Virus record (IMG/VR): IMGVR_UViG_3300027857_000001 | Location: 32,001 to 96,000 of that record | From: a virus | Length of the DNA: 64,000 nt | Reading direction: 5' to 3' (one strand) | Part shown: positions 55,122-64,000 of the stretch, piece after piece | Position numbering within the stretch: the stretch's first letter is position 1 | Layout of the letters: every line of letters starts with the position of its first letter | Program-made: the position numbers and the translations under genes | The notes under the pieces: generated by a model | Seen by the model: only the letters and a program-made list of their open reading frames with translations | What the model was told of the DNA's origin: nothing | The model's database searches: none

Positions 55122-55549
55122 AGGGAGGCCGCGGCGTGCTTGTAGGTGACGGTCTCCATGACCTCACCGGTAACCGGGTCGCTGCCCCACGTGTCGGTGA
55201 GCCGGACGAGGTCGCAGCAGCCGCAGGACTCGCGGATGAGGACGCCGCCGCCGCTGCCCCGGACGCTTTCCTCCTGCCAGTCGTGCGCTGCGTCAGCCGG
55301 AGTGCACGCGGGCTCGGCCGGCTGGAATGTGTGCGTCACGGTACGCCAGCCGGCCTGGTACTCGCCGCCGTCTTCGCCGGTCTCGACGCGGGTGACCTGG
55401 GCGCGGACACGGAACGTCCTGCCTGACTGCTCCTGGCCGTAGTCTCCGGTGCGGAGCAGTTCCAGGGCGTGCGCTTCGGCGGCAGCCTCGTTCGCGGCCT
55501 CGAACCGCTCGTCGTATCCGCTGTCCTCGCGGTAGATGTACGTGGCCAT
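55118..55549 (-). CDS. Hypothetical protein
   Basis: RBS, codon bias. Confidence 0.6.
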   Translation of the reverse strand: MATYIYREDSGYDERFEAANEAAAEAHALELLRTGDYGQEQSGRTFRVRAQVTRVETGEDGGEYQAGWRTVTHTFQPAEPACTPADAAHDWQEESVRGSGGGVLIRESCGCCDLVRLTDTWGSDPVTGEVMETVTYKHAAASL

Positions 55550-55561
55550 GGGGCGTTCTCC

Positions 55562-55912
55562 TCAGAAGTCTCCGGCGTCGCAGGTGCCGGTCACGGTGAC
55601 GGCGGCGAGCGCGGCGGGGGTCATGAGCCGGTAGGTGACGTGCCGGCGGTTCACCGGGGTCTCGTCGTCGTAGACGATGACGTCGGCGCCGTAGCTGCCG
55701 CCGAAGTCGGAGGCGGCGGTGTTCTCGTCGCGGTCCCAGTCGCCAGGGGCATCGATGACGACGAGGCCGGTGAGGTCGATGTCCACGGTGTGCAGGTAGT
55801 GGGCCTGACAGGCGGCGAACGCGTAGTCGCGGGCCGCGTCGTCGTCCTCGGCGAGGCACAGGCCCTCGTGGAGAGCTGGTGTCTGGCTGCTGCTGCCGTG
55901 GTACATCCTCAT
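55562..55912 (-). CDS. Acidic hypothetical protein
   Basis: Very strong C-ending codon bias; first gene after an AT-rich promoter. Confidence 0.6.
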   Translation of the reverse strand: MRMYHGSSSQTPALHEGLCLAEDDDAARDYAFAACQAHYLHTVDIDLTGLVVIDAPGDWDRDENTAASDFGGSYGADVIVYDDETPVNRRHVTYRLMTPAALAAVTVTGTCDAGDF

Positions 55913-55920
55913 AACCATTA

Positions 55921-55951
55921 CTGTAGACCAAAACACAATATCTGTCTACAG
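55921..55951. promoter_or_regulatory. Inverted repeat CTGTAGAC-N15-GTCTACAG in an AT-rich promoter
   Basis: Perfect 8-bp arms just upstream of the ATG at 55912. Confidence 0.5.
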
Positions 55952-56325
55952 AAATTCTGCCGCTAATTCTCCGGATTCTCCCTGGCGACCCGGCGGCTCA
56001 CCGGCCTGCCCGTCCATGTACAGCAGCCGCGCCGGTAGGATTGACATAGCGCACTCGCGCCCATCTGCCTGCCAGTCCCCCCTGATCGGTGCTGTCTCCC
56101 CGTGATCACCGCCGTACTGCTCATCGCCATGTCCGCCGCGATCCTGCTCATCGTCTTCATGCCGGAACTTGACTCGCCGCGCAACGACGAGCCCCGCCAG
56201 GAGGACCGGGAACCGCAGGATAGACGGGACCAGGCGGACGCGCAGCTCGCCGCCTGACACGCCCGGAACCGTCCCGGCCGTCGGCGGCCTTTGCGTCTCC
56301 TGTCCCGGCAGGTCATCATGGGCGC

Positions 56326-57459
56326 ATGCCGCGCTTGCGTTCAGGGTCCCTTCCGCGCCGGCCCGCAGCTGACGGGGGCGAGCAGCAGGAGTGCGGCCGC
56401 GGCGACTGGTGCTCGTCCAGGACCCGGGACCAGGACGGCGTGTGGCGCCCCGCTCTCACCTGGCAGGCGTTCTGCTCGTCCGACACCGGCGTCATCAGGC
56501 AGCAGGCCACGCAGATCCCGGCGCTGATCGGGCTGCTCGCCGACCCGCGTACCCGCGTGCTGGCCCGCCCTGGCCGTCCCGGGCGCCGGGTACCGCCCGG
56601 GCCGAGGGTGAACGCCGCCGTCGCGGCCGACGCGCTGCAGCGCGAGGCGGCGGCACTGCTCGGCGGCTGGGCGGCCCGGGTCCGTGCCGTCCCGGGCCTC
56701 GGCATCACCGAACCTGGCAGCATGCCGGGGACGGCGGAGCGGCTCGCTGCCGACTGCCGGGACCTGGCGCTGTACACGGTGCCGCTGCTGGCGCTGCAGC
56801 CAGGCTGGACGACCCGCACCTACAGCCTGCCCGCCGGCCGGGACGGCGGGGTCGTCCGCTCCCGCGGCACCTGCCGCCTGTGCGGGCGGGCAGTCACCCG
56901 CAGTCCCGTCTCAGGCTGGTGGTGGGCACTGGACGGTGCCGCGGCGTTCTGCGACCACGACCCGGGCCGGATCCCGGGTGCCGTGACGCCGGGCCCGGTA
57001 CCGGACGACCTCGCCGCGCAGATCGGCGATGACGAGATCACCGTGTGCGGCGACGGGTGGGTCAGGGTCATGACCCGGCGGGACGGCCGGTCAGCCGGGC
57101 TGGAGATCCTCGAGCTGCATTACCGCGGCCGCCGGCTCGCCGGCTGCGTCCCCGCGCCGAGGGTCCGGCTCGACGGGGTCCCGTGCCGCCGCCAGGACTG
57201 CGACCAGATGGCACTGGAGCTCGCCGAGCCTCCCTCTGACCCGTCGCTGCCCGCGATGCACTCACGGTGCGCCGCGTGCCGTGACGAGATGACACGGGAA
57301 GAGTACGACGAGTGGGCTGCCCGGTATGCCCGGTGGGCGCAGTCCGCGGGGACGTTCCCGTGCAGCAGGTGCCGGCTGGGACGCTGCGGCGAGTGCCGGT
57401 GGGACGCGTGCCAGTGCCGCGCGGGAGGGCACGCCGGCCACGCCGGCGAGGCTGCCTGA
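56326..57459 (+). CDS. Cys-rich actinophage-type putative late regulator
   Basis: Multiple CxxC motifs; sits upstream of a MerR-like HTH, as at the right end of many actinophages. Confidence 0.55.
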   Translation: MPRLRSGSLPRRPAADGGEQQECGRGDWCSSRTRDQDGVWRPALTWQAFCSSDTGVIRQQATQIPALIGLLADPRTRVLARPGRPGRRVPPGPRVNAAVAADALQREAAALLGGWAARVRAVPGLGITEPGSMPGTAERLAADCRDLALYTVPLLALQPGWTTRTYSLPAGRDGGVVRSRGTCRLCGRAVTRSPVSGWWWALDGAAAFCDHDPGRIPGAVTPGPVPDDLAAQIGDDEITVCGDGWVRVMTRRDGRSAGLEILELHYRGRRLAGCVPAPRVRLDGVPCRRQDCDQMALELAEPPSDPSLPAMHSRCAACRDEMTREEYDEWAARYARWAQSAGTFPCSRCRLGRCGECRWDACQCRAGGHAGHAGEAA

Positions 57460-57564
57460 ACCGGTTGCGGCACCCCAGACCACCCCGGTATCATTAGCTG
57501 CACCAGCCATTACCATGCCCCGGGAGCGCCACCCGTCCCGGGGTATCACTGTCTGCAGGGGCAG

Positions 57565-57834
57565 GTGAGCAGCATGCTCCCCGCCCGCGGCGACGGCTAC
57601 CTGACGACCCCCGAGGCGGCGAGGCTCGCCGGCGTGGAGCCGGTGACGATCCGGAAATGGCGCCGGATGGGCTACCTCGCCGTGCAGGGTCTCGACGAGC
57701 GCGGCTACCCGCTCCACACCGCCGAGGCGGTGGCCGCGGCGGAGAAGCATGTCCGGGACCGGGGCATCATGTGGTCGGGGGTGGACCCCCGGGCGGTACG
57801 CAAGAGCACCCGCCGCCTGAGCGGCGCCGCCTGA
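57565..57834 (+). CDS. MerR-like HTH protein
   Basis: YLTTPEAARLAGVEPVTIRKWRRMGYL. Confidence 0.8.
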   Translation: MSSMLPARGDGYLTTPEAARLAGVEPVTIRKWRRMGYLAVQGLDERGYPLHTAEAVAAAEKHVRDRGIMWSGVDPRAVRKSTRRLSGAA

Positions 57835-57865
57835 GCGGCACCGTCCCCCGTCCTTCGTGCCCCGT

Positions 57866-58825
57866 TCACTCGCCGCGCATCTGCGCGGCGAAACCCGCGA
57901 ACCGGTCCCTCACGGTCTCATCCCGCGACGGCGCGCCCGCGAGTTCCCGGCATGCGGCACGGGCACGTTCCGGCCAGTCCCCGCCCGCCGCGTCCGCGAC
58001 GGCCAGCAGAGGCCGCCAGATCTGCGCGGGACGCCCGTGGATCCCCGCCGGCACCTCCGGGACGGCTTTCGCGACCTGCCCGGCGACCTGCCCCGCCCAG
58101 ACCGCCATCCACCTGCGGATCTCTCCCGCCTTGCTCTCCGCGTACTCGTCCAGGTCGCGCGGCAGGTCATCCGCCGGCGCCGGCTCCATCCGTATCCGGA
58201 TTCCCCGCGACAAGGTTGCCTTCATCTGCTCCCCGGCGTTCTTCTCAAGCATGTCCAGCCCGGCGACCGCCATCGCGCCGAACACGCCGGTCCGCGTCGC
58301 CTTGCTCCCCGTCCCGTTGAGGACCGTGCCCGCGCGGGTGTACCCGCCGTTGATGACGGCCCGCACGGCACTCTTCCGTGCCCCGGCCCCGAACAGGATG
58401 TCAGCCTCGTCGATGAACACCGTCGCGTGCTCCTGGCTGACCGTCGCGACGAGGCCCGCGAACGACGGCTCCAGGTCCAGCCCGTAGTATGCCGGGGACA
58501 GCAGCCCGGTCGCCTCCAGCACCTGCGACTTCCCCGACCCGCCCGCCCGGGACAGCACGAACAGCCGCGGTGACGCCCGGGTCACCAGCACCCCGCCCGG
58601 GTCCCGCATCCACGCGTGGCCCAGCCACAGCGTCACCGTGTCGTACGCGGCAGCGGACGGCAGGCGCGTGTACGACCCGTACCAGCAGTCGCGGACCAGG
58701 CCGAGCAGCTGGTCACCCGGCACCCGCGCCGCCTCCGGGCACACCGCGCCGGAACCGCCCGGCGCTACCACCGTCCCGGTGATCGCCCCGCCGTCCCCCC
58801 GGGCCGCCACCACAGCACGGGCCAC
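57866..58825 (-). CDS. DUF3631-family P-loop protein, apparently lacking the C-terminal domain
   Basis: TLW..H...PRL..LS..GGSGKSQVLE...TVFIDEAD..F...RAVINGGY...FGAMAVAGL...WRPLLAVADAAGGDWPERARAA. Confidence 0.7.
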   Translation of the reverse strand: MARAVVAARGDGGAITGTVVAPGGSGAVCPEAARVPGDQLLGLVRDCWYGSYTRLPSAAAYDTVTLWLGHAWMRDPGGVLVTRASPRLFVLSRAGGSGKSQVLEATGLLSPAYYGLDLEPSFAGLVATVSQEHATVFIDEADILFGAGARKSAVRAVINGGYTRAGTVLNGTGSKATRTGVFGAMAVAGLDMLEKNAGEQMKATLSRGIRIRMEPAPADDLPRDLDEYAESKAGEIRRWMAVWAGQVAGQVAKAVPEVPAGIHGRPAQIWRPLLAVADAAGGDWPERARAACRELAGAPSRDETVRDRFAGFAAQMRGE

Positions 58826-58827
58826 GT

Positions 58828-59070
58828 CTATCCGGCGCCGCGCCTCCTCCCGGTACGGATCCAGGCCTGCGGCTCCGGCTCCTCGCTGAACAGGTCCATC
58901 TGCCCGCCGTCCGCCTGCGGCACCGCCGGAACCTCCCGGGCCGGCAGCACCTCGCTCACAGGGAACAGCCCCGGCGGCAGCCCCCGGTACTTCCTCGGCA
59001 GCAAGCCCTCGTCGAAGTCCTCCGGCCTCATGTCCAGCCACGACAGCCCCTCCCTCCCCTCCCTGCCCAT
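58828..59070 (-). CDS. Small hypothetical protein
   Basis: RBS GGAGG; stop 3 nt before the DUF3631 start. Confidence 0.5.
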   Translation of the reverse strand: MGREGREGLSWLDMRPEDFDEGLLPRKYRGLPPGLFPVSEVLPAREVPAVPQADGGQMDLFSEEPEPQAWIRTGRRRGAG

Positions 59071-59603
59071 CCGGCACCTCCTCGCATTCGCGGGCGGTCA
59101 CCGCGGCACGCCCGTCCCGTGCGGCAGCACGCTCATCTCTCGCCGACGCAGCCAGTTCCTCCTGGTACCGCGTGATGGTCAGTCTCGGATGCACCGCCCA
59201 CCAGTCCAGCAGCTCCGGCGACGCATACAGCCGGGCCCTCCGCTCCGGCCCCGACCACAGCCCCTGCGGATCCACCCCCGCCTCGGTCCCGGCCCGGGAC
59301 AGCAGCACCCCCCGGCACTCCGCCTCCGCCGCCAGGTACTGCGCATGCGCGGCAAGCCGCCACCCCTCCGCCACTGACTCACGCACCCGCCCTGCAGCCT
59401 CCAGGCGGTCCAGCCGGTCACACTCCGCCACGACGGCGTCATACACCGCTTTCAGCCCGGCCATATCCAGGCCCCGCAGCTCATCCACGACAGTCACAGC
59501 AGCACCTCCACAGGAGCACGGTCAGGCCCGTGCCGCCAGCGGCGCAGGCAACACGGAACAGCAGGTCACACCCTCAAGCACACTTGAACAGGGGGCACCG
59601 GAA

Positions 59604-60245
59604 ATGACCACCCCCGCCGCCGGCAGCCCCGCCCGGGCCGGCAACACCCCGCCCCGCAACGGCCACGGCCGCTACATCCGCGCCATCCAGACCATCGACC
59701 GGGACCGCCGCGCCGCCGAACTCGTCACCCAGGGCTGGACATACGAGCAGGCCGCGAAAGAACTCGGCTACAGCGACCGCGGCGACACCTGGCGTGCCGT
59801 CCAGAAAATCCGCCAGGAAGCCGCACGACTCGACGGCACCAGCGAGGAAATCCGCCGCCAGCAGCTCGCCGAGCTCACCGAACTCCGCCGCCGCATCTGG
59901 GACCAGCTCAACAACCCCCTCCCCGCCATCGACCGCCTCGGCCGCATCGTCCTCGACGGCAACGGCAACCCCGTCCCCGACGCCCAGGCCCTCACCGCAG
60001 CCGGAACCCTCCTCGTCCGCGTGAACGAGCGCATAGCCCGCATCCGCGGCACCGACGCCCCCCGCCGCGCCATCACCCTCACCGGACACACCGGACCCGA
60101 GGAAATCAGGGCATTCATCGCCAGCGCCAACCCCCAGGACCTCGCCGCAGCCATCGAGATGGTCCGCCGCGAAACCGAAGAAGCCGAACGCACAGCAGCC
60201 ACCCACGACAACCCGAAAGCCATCACCGCCACCGTCGAACCGTAA
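59604..60245 (+). CDS. Terminase small subunit-like HTH protein
   Basis: GRYIR..DRRAAELVTQGWTYEQAAKELGYS...AVQK...ELRRRIW...ERIARIRGTDAP, a pattern recalled from actinophage TerS-like genes. Confidence 0.6.
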   Translation: MTTPAAGSPARAGNTPPRNGHGRYIRAIQTIDRDRRAAELVTQGWTYEQAAKELGYSDRGDTWRAVQKIRQEAARLDGTSEEIRRQQLAELTELRRRIWDQLNNPLPAIDRLGRIVLDGNGNPVPDAQALTAAGTLLVRVNERIARIRGTDAPRRAITLTGHTGPEEIRAFIASANPQDLAAAIEMVRRETEEAERTAATHDNPKAITATVEP

Positions 60246-60593
60246 CCGCAGCCCAGCGGTTACCCCGGCAGCGAGTCACTCCGCGCACGGCGATGCACCC
60301 GGCCAGCCAGCAAGCCGCACACTAGCCCCGCAGCTCACAGCCATGTCCCGCCTGGCCGCCGGCCCGACGACCCCGGCAGAACACAACCCCGTGACCCTCC
60401 AGACCCCCCGTAAACCCTCCATCCGGCGATCCCGCTCACCAGCCTGCGCCCGCGGACCTCACGAGACGCGGACCACCGGAACCCTGACGCCGGACCACCG
60501 GAACCCTTGGGACAACGGCTGGCCGCGACAACTGGCTTCGCGGGTGATCAGCGGGCAGACGGCAGGTAAACCAGCAGGTCAGCGACCTCAGCC

Positions 60594-60779
60594 TTACCGG
60601 TCCCCGGCGTCCGCGGTGTCCCGGCGTGCCCGCAGCCTTGCCTCACCGGACGCGGCGAGCACCCGGCCGATTGCGTCGATCTGGTCCTGTGCGGTGTCCC
60701 TGACTTCGCGGAGCCGTTCCAGCTCGGCGTAGAGGCGTGCTACCTCCGGCTCGCCGAGGATGACGGTGGCGTCGCTCAT
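60594..60779 (-). CDS. Hypothetical protein
   Basis: ATGA coupling to the RHH gene. Confidence 0.5.
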   Translation of the reverse strand: MSDATVILGEPEVARLYAELERLREVRDTAQDQIDAIGRVLAASGEARLRARRDTADAGDR

Positions 60780-61093
60780 TTCTTGCCTCCTGTTTCCGGG
60801 TGGCATACGCCGCATTTGCAGCCGGCCCGGTGGGCGGCGGTGACTGGCGCGGGGGTCCTGGCGGCTGGCTGTGGTGGTGATACAGGCTCAGCCGGGCCCG
60901 CGCTGGTGGTTATACGGGTGGTTATACCGGTGGTTATACGCGGGGCGTCCATGGCGAGCTTCTCCTCGATGGCGCTGACGACGTAGGCGGTCACGGTCAC
61001 GTTCCGCTCGCCGGCGGCGGCCTTCAGGGATGCCATGAGGTCAGCCGGGATGCGGAATGCTGTCTGCGTGGTCTTGTGGATTCCGCTGGGCAT
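60776..61093 (-). CDS. Ribbon-helix-helix DNA-binding protein
   Basis: KTTQTAFRIPADLMASLKAAAGERNVTVTAYVVSAIEEKL. Confidence 0.75.
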   Translation of the reverse strand: MPSGIHKTTQTAFRIPADLMASLKAAAGERNVTVTAYVVSAIEEKLAMDAPRITTGITTRITTSAGPAEPVSPPQPAARTPAPVTAAHRAGCKCGVCHPETGGKK

Positions 61094-61280
61094 CGTCAGC
61101 GCCTGTTTCCGGACTTGCTCATCGCCGCCATTCCTCGTGTGGATGCCAGGGCAGTTCCTCTAGGCCCGCTGCGCTTGCGGCGGCTCCGTCCGGATGCCGC
61201 CTTGCCGTGCTCTTTCTGTATAACCACGCTAGAGCGGTGGTTATACGGTGTCAACCGGTGGTTATACAGGGTGGTTATAC
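60874..61280. repeat. GTGGTTATAC iterated sites
   Basis: Direct copies at 60906, 60918, 60930, 61237, 61258 and 61271; inverted copy at 61218; variant at 60874. Confidence 0.9.
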
Positions 61281-61814
61281 GGAGTCAGGCCCGGGTCTCT
61301 GCCCGGGCGGGGGCGCGGGTACCTGCTCCTCATCTGCCTCCTGGCGTGACTGCCGGCAGTCCCAGCACGGGCACCCGCGCTCGTGCGGCCAACTCAGGAT
61401 AGAAATCGGTCACCGCTCCACTCCTTCCTGGTCGCACAGCACCTCCAGCTCCTCGGTGCTGAGATCGTCGAGCCCGCACGTGACCGCCAGCCGTTCTGCT
61501 GCCTCCTCGTGGCCGGCGCTCACCTCGGCGAGTATGGCCGATGCGCAGACGGCGTCGTCAGCGGTGAGGATCCGGGTCACGGCGATCATCGGCCCGGGAG
61601 ATGTCGTACTGGCCGTCCGGGTCGAGGGTGATCGCCCAGGCGGCCCGGTACATGCCGCCAGGGCCGTCCGAGTACGCGACCCTGGCGGGGCCGTCCCACA
61701 GCGGGGCGTTAACGCCCTTGTAGGGCTCTATCCGGGTGATGCGGTGCGGGACGCCGAGGAACCACAGGTCGTCTCCGGCCCGGACATCCTGGCCGCGGGT
61801 CCGCCGGATCGCCA

Positions 61815-62057
61815 TCAGCCCTCCCACGGCGTAAAGACGCTCAGGCTCACGGTCCCGCCAGGCGCCAGCTTGCCCTCGGCGTCGTACAGGCCGCCGTCCG
61901 GGTGCCGGTCCCGCTTCGAGTGCCCCAGCCCGGTGATCCGGCCCGGGACCTGGTCCCCGGCTGCGAGGCCGCAGGCGTTCGGGTATACCGGCTCGACGGC
62001 TACCCGCCAGTCCTGCGGCTCGTCCTTCAGTGCCTCGATCAGTTCGGCCACAGTCAT
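61815..62057 (-). CDS. Hypothetical protein
   Basis: MTVAELIEALK phage-type start. Confidence 0.55.
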   Translation of the reverse strand: MTVAELIEALKDEPQDWRVAVEPVYPNACGLAAGDQVPGRITGLGHSKRDRHPDGGLYDAEGKLAPGGTVSLSVFTPWEG

Positions 62058-62123
62058 GTCAAGTCCTCCTCGTTCCCAGCAGGGTCATCATGCTCGTCCG
62101 GTGCGGCCCACATGGCCATCACG

Positions 62124-62348
62124 TCAGCGCACCTCCAGCCGGATCGCATCGCCCAGCCCGGCCAGCAGGTTCGGTACGGTGCGGGTGCCGGCACCGCGCC
62201 TGTAAGTGTTCTGGTTGATCCAGACCAGCGCGCCGATGCGCTCCATCGACTCAAGGTCCGGGATGTCCGTCTTGTGACTGCGGACCTTATACGTCGTGCC
62301 GTCGTAAGTGACGGCCGGCTTCGGTGTGCCCTTGAGTGTCACCGTCAC
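62124..62348 (-). CDS. Hypothetical protein
   Basis: GTGA coupling. Confidence 0.5.
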   Translation of the reverse strand: MTVTLKGTPKPAVTYDGTTYKVRSHKTDIPDLESMERIGALVWINQNTYRRGAGTRTVPNLLAGLGDAIRLEVR

Positions 62349-62472
62349 GCCTCCTGCCCGCTTGCGGCTCTCCTGTCGGACTGAGCGCTGAACCGGTGGT
62401 CCCGCAGGTACAGCAGGTCCTCGCAGGTGCCGATCTTGATCCGGCGCCGGCGGTACAGCGCGTACTCGCCCA

Positions 62473-62736
62473 TCATGTCCTCCTTGCCGCGGCGATGATC
62501 GCCGCTGACGCATGCCTGATGTCGTTGTCGTCGCTTTCGGCCCACGCCTGGAACGCGGCCTCAGCCGCCGGCGACCGCTCGCAGATGACATCGATCAGGA
62601 CACGCCGGGCGAACCGCTCAGCGTCATCGAGCTTCTTCTTGCGGTCCATCAGCGCGAGCCCGTCAGCCAGCATCCGCAGCGGACGCTGGCTGAGCAGTGC
62701 CCGCATCTTCTCCTCGGCGTGCTCGCGGGTGGTCAT
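62473..62736 (-). CDS. Hypothetical protein
   Basis: ATGA coupling to DUF932. Confidence 0.5.
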   Translation of the reverse strand: MTTREHAEEKMRALLSQRPLRMLADGLALMDRKKKLDDAERFARRVLIDVICERSPAAEAAFQAWAESDDNDIRHASAAIIAAARRT

Positions 62737-63830
62737 GCCGCGAGTTCCAGCGGGCGCCCGAGGACGGTGCCGAGGGTGGCGAGCGTCGCGCCGTCGAGGG
62801 CGTCGGTCCGTCCCTGGACGGCGTTGAGCATGTTCCGCTCGGCACGGACGGCGCCCCGGACGGTGCCCATGTGGTGGGCGTAGGTGTTGACGGCCTGCAC
62901 GACTCCCCACGCGGTGCCGTTCCACGGCGCGACCCTCTGGTCGTAGGTGTACAGGCGGTGCAGGTCGCCGCGCTTGCTCTCCGCCATGGTCCGGGACCGG
63001 CCGGGCTGCGCCGGGACGGGCACGTGCGCGTCGAGGAACCTCGACCACTCGGTTCGGGACACGCCGGTGGCGCACAGCTGCGCGACTTCAGCGGCGAAGT
63101 CGTCCGTGATCTCGTGGATGACGCTGAGAGCCTGCCTGGCCTCGGTCAGCTTCAGGTGGCTGTACCGGGAGTGCCGGATCTTCAGCTGCTGGCCGCGCTC
63201 ACCCATGGCGATTCCGTGGGTGTTGTCGCACACGACGTTGGTGACCTTCCGGCCGAACGTCGTCGACAGCGACCCGTCGAACGAGGTGGTCGCTAGCAGG
63301 TAGGGGCGGAACTCGACCCCTTCGGGGAGCTTCACGTTCTCGGGCATCTCAACGGACACCCAGGCGATCGCGCCGTCGCGGAGCAGCCCGGCGGACCCGA
63401 TCTGCAGGTCGTCGTCCAGGATGCTGGCGACTGTGGTGAGCAGCCACCGGTCGTACGGGTGCTTCTCGTACCCGTCGGTGAACAGGCCCATCACGTGGCC
63501 CGTGTCGGACCGCGCGATGGCCTGCCGGTGCTCTTCGTGCTTCAGGCCCAGCGACCGGAGCACGTACGCCTTCGCCTCCTCGGCGGTCGGCTGGGCAATC
63601 AGCTCCCCGATGTCCAGGGTGACGTCGCCGGGCCGGCGCACGTACACTTCCCACGACTCGGCGTCCCACCCGAACAGGCGGCGCCGGACGTCGCCGACCG
63701 GGACCGCGCCGGGATAGTGGTTGGGCTCGCCGCCCTGCAGGTCGGCCCGGTAATGCCAGGCGCTGCCCCGCTTGTCCGTGAACCCGACGAGAACGTTGCT
63801 GTTCAGCCACTCCATGGTTTCCCTAGACAT
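62733..63830 (-). CDS. DUF932/DUF945 phage-plasmid protein
   Basis: SAGLLRDGAIAW...PYLLATTSFDGS...VVCDNT...IRHS...GTAWGVVQAV. Confidence 0.85.
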   Translation of the reverse strand: MSRETMEWLNSNVLVGFTDKRGSAWHYRADLQGGEPNHYPGAVPVGDVRRRLFGWDAESWEVYVRRPGDVTLDIGELIAQPTAEEAKAYVLRSLGLKHEEHRQAIARSDTGHVMGLFTDGYEKHPYDRWLLTTVASILDDDLQIGSAGLLRDGAIAWVSVEMPENVKLPEGVEFRPYLLATTSFDGSLSTTFGRKVTNVVCDNTHGIAMGERGQQLKIRHSRYSHLKLTEARQALSVIHEITDDFAAEVAQLCATGVSRTEWSRFLDAHVPVPAQPGRSRTMAESKRGDLHRLYTYDQRVAPWNGTAWGVVQAVNTYAHHMGTVRGAVRAERNMLNAVQGRTDALDGATLATLGTVLGRPLELAA

Positions 63831-64000
63831 AGCTGTCTCCTTCCGGATCGTGACCGCCCCTTGACGGGCGCGCCACGCGCACGAGCCAGGCCCGTTCGCG
63901 CGCCGGCGTGCCAGTCAGGACCAGCTCACGGCGTGACCGGCCGCCGGCTCGTGATCAGGTCCCGCCATGCTGCGGTCAGCGCAGCGAACTGCCCGCCGGT

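Noticed and set aside
57866-59497. Single 543-aa protein
   Set aside because: The middle section is low-complexity and overlaps an RBS-bearing ORF in another frame; separate genes are more parsimonious.

Overview
High-GC (roughly 70% by eye) actinobacterial mobile element; no host housekeeping genes were recognised. From left to right: (1) an XRE gene and a tyrosine integrase running into an apparently intact attP (3' half of tRNA-Pro(CGG) flanked on both sides by identical 24-bp arm repeats), so the sequence looks like the excised or extrachromosomal form. (2) A 16-repeat CRISPR array with a 36-nt, class 2 type V-like pseudoknotted repeat and no recognisable cas gene in the window. Where the effector normally sits there is a structured non-coding stretch and a small zinc-finger + winged-helix operon with a palindromic operator. 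(3) A ~33-kb leftward phage-like early region: ASCH, STAS, two DNA methyltransferases, XF1762-like, PD-(D/E)XK, rep-like, VRR-NUC, DUF5131, DnaQ-like, tandem BldC-like, HNH, gp3-like recombination protein and exonuclease. It is interrupted by a non-autonomous IS200/IS605 element with an intact tnpB. (4) A cro/cI-like switch. (5) An AICE-like conjugation module (GntR, WhiB-like, FtsK/TraB, mIHF, DUF2637), a helicase with HA repeats, a truncated DUF3631-type P-loop gene, a terminase-small-subunit-like gene without an adjacent large subunit, an RHH gene with iterated GTGGTTATAC sites, and DUF932. No virion structural genes were recognised. All family assignments come from motif recognition by eye, not database searches.
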